From Acidimicrobiia bacterium (GTDB lineage Bacteria > Actinomycetota > Acidimicrobiia > IMCC26256 > PALSA-555), in NCBI GenBank assembly GCA_040902705.1, contig JBBDWT010000015.1, positions 1-51,974 of the forward strand: DNA of 51,974 nt, in the 5' to 3' direction. Of this stretch, positions 51,274 through 51,974 are shown piece by piece; the stretch's first letter is position 1, and each line of letters starts with the position of its first letter. The notes under the pieces were generated by a model. The model did no database searches. It was not told where the DNA came from and worked only from the letters and a program-made list of their open reading frames with translations. The translations under genes were made by a program, and so were the position numbers.

Positions 51274-51974
51274 TCAGGAGCGCAGCAGCGCTGCCGTCTC
51301 GAATGCGAGGTCGAGCGACTGGCGGGCGTTGAGCCGCGGGTCACACATCGTCTCGTACCGCCGGTCGAGCTGGTCGCCGAGCACCGCGTCGGTGCCGCCG
51401 AGGCACTCGGTCACGTTCTCACCGGTGAGCTCGACGTGGACGCCACCGGGCCAGACGTCGGCCGTGTGGCAGGCGTCGAAGAAGCCGCGGAGCTCCTGCA
51501 TGATGTCGTCGAAGCGACGCGTCTTGTACCCGCTCTCGTGCCGGAACGTGTTGCCGTGCATCGGATCGCACGCCCAGACGACAGGGTGACCGCCCTGCTT
51601 CACCGCACGCAGGAGCGGAGGAAGTGCCTCGGAGATGTGACCGGCGCCCATGCGGGAGAACAGGACGAGCCGACCCGGCTCCCGCCGGGGGTTGAGGCGC
51701 TCGCACAGCGCGATGGTCTCCTCCGCGGTGGCGGACGGGCCGAGCTTCACTCCGATCGGGTTGTGGACGCCCGCCAGGAACTCGACGTGCGCGCTGTCGA
51801 GCCTGCGGGTGCGCTCACCGATCCACAGGAGGTGCGCCGAGCAGTCGTACCAGTTGCCGGTGATGGAGTCTCGGCGGGTGAGCGCCTCCTCGTACCCGAG
51901 CAGCAGCGCCTCATGGGCGGTCCAGATGTCGACCTCGTGGAGCTGGAGCTCGGTCTCGAGGTCGATGCCACAGG
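51274..51974 (-). CDS. aroG: class II 3-deoxy-7-phosphoheptulonate (DAHP) synthase, C-terminal part; the gene continues past the right edge
   Basis: ORF 51274..51750 continues upstream in frame with no stop. My own translation of 51972 to 51751 gives CGIDLETELQLHEVDIWTAHEALLLGYEEALTRRDSITGNWYDCSAHLLWIGERTRRLDSAHVEFLAGVHNPIG. It then runs into VKLGPS...WACDPMHGNT...GGVHVELTG. Confidence 0.9.
   Translation of the reverse strand, partial: CGIDLETELQLHEVDIWTAHEALLLGYEEALTRRDSITGNWYDCSAHLLWIGERTRRLDSAHVEFLAGVHNPIGVKLGPSATAEETIALCERLNPRREPGRLVLFSRMGAGHISEALPPLLRAVKQGGHPVVWACDPMHGNTFRHESGYKTRRFDDIMQELRGFFDACHTADVWPGGVHVELTGENVTECLGGTDAVLGDQLDRRYETMCDPRLNARQSLDLAFETAALLRS

Noticed and set aside
1-51974. 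Mobile elements, prophage genes, CRISPR arrays, toxin-antitoxin pairs or recognisable defence systems
   Set aside because: I saw no transposase, integrase or recombinase motifs, no terminal inverted repeats, no regularly spaced direct repeats, and no Cas, restriction-modification or abortive-infection signatures in any frame. The only repeat seen is the 9-bp triplication at 12069-12091.

Overview
High-GC (about 70% by eye) chromosomal segment with clear actinobacterial markers: WhiB, a PdtaS-type kinase, Kgd with a fused E2-like domain, a class E sortase, a paired ArsA/Get3-like ATPase and class II DAHP synthase. I call about 56 protein-coding genes, tightly packed, with many 4-nt ATGA/GTGA start/stop overlaps. 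I found no rRNA, tRNA, CRISPR array, transposase or integrase. Left to right the window holds: (1) fatty-acid/redox genes: thiolase fragment, SDR, 3-hydroxyacyl-CoA dehydrogenase, LLM oxidoreductase. (2) A minus-strand accessory run: aldo/keto reductase, TetR, APH-like kinase and an orphan with a PUA/EVE-like N-terminus. (3) A glycosyltransferase operon. (4) A visibly less GC-rich block (about 8.5-14.3 kb) with two tandem membrane HD-domain paralogues (the second degenerate), a DUF5317-like protein, an ECF sigma fused to a ZAS anti-sigma domain, and a third copy of the same membrane module. (5) An acyl-CoA carboxyltransferase / mini-BCCP / hydratase set. (6) A class E sortase. (7) A complete System I cytochrome c maturation operon, ccmABCDEFGH plus a TPR CcmI-like gene, chained by eight consecutive 4-nt overlaps. 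(8) Cyclophilin, a mitochondrial-type aconitase and a coupled lipoprotein. (9) An ATP-grasp plus CCAEP-tail radical SAM gene pair. (10) An Fe-S neighbourhood: Nfu-type protein, DUF169, cysteine desulfurase, ArsR/SufR-like regulator, Mrp/ApbC. (11) A DUF2207-C-like protein, DUF3107, an ArsA-like pair, pdtaS and whiB. (12) Housekeeping genes: GDPD, lipid kinase, family-5 UDG, TauE, DapA, MFS, Kgd, DAHPS. The best candidates for something undescribed are the triplicated membrane-sensor module with its sigma-ZAS fusion (8.5-14.9 kb) and the ATP-grasp / CCAEP-tail radical SAM operon (28.5-31.1 kb). All family assignments come from reading motifs by eye; no database search was run.
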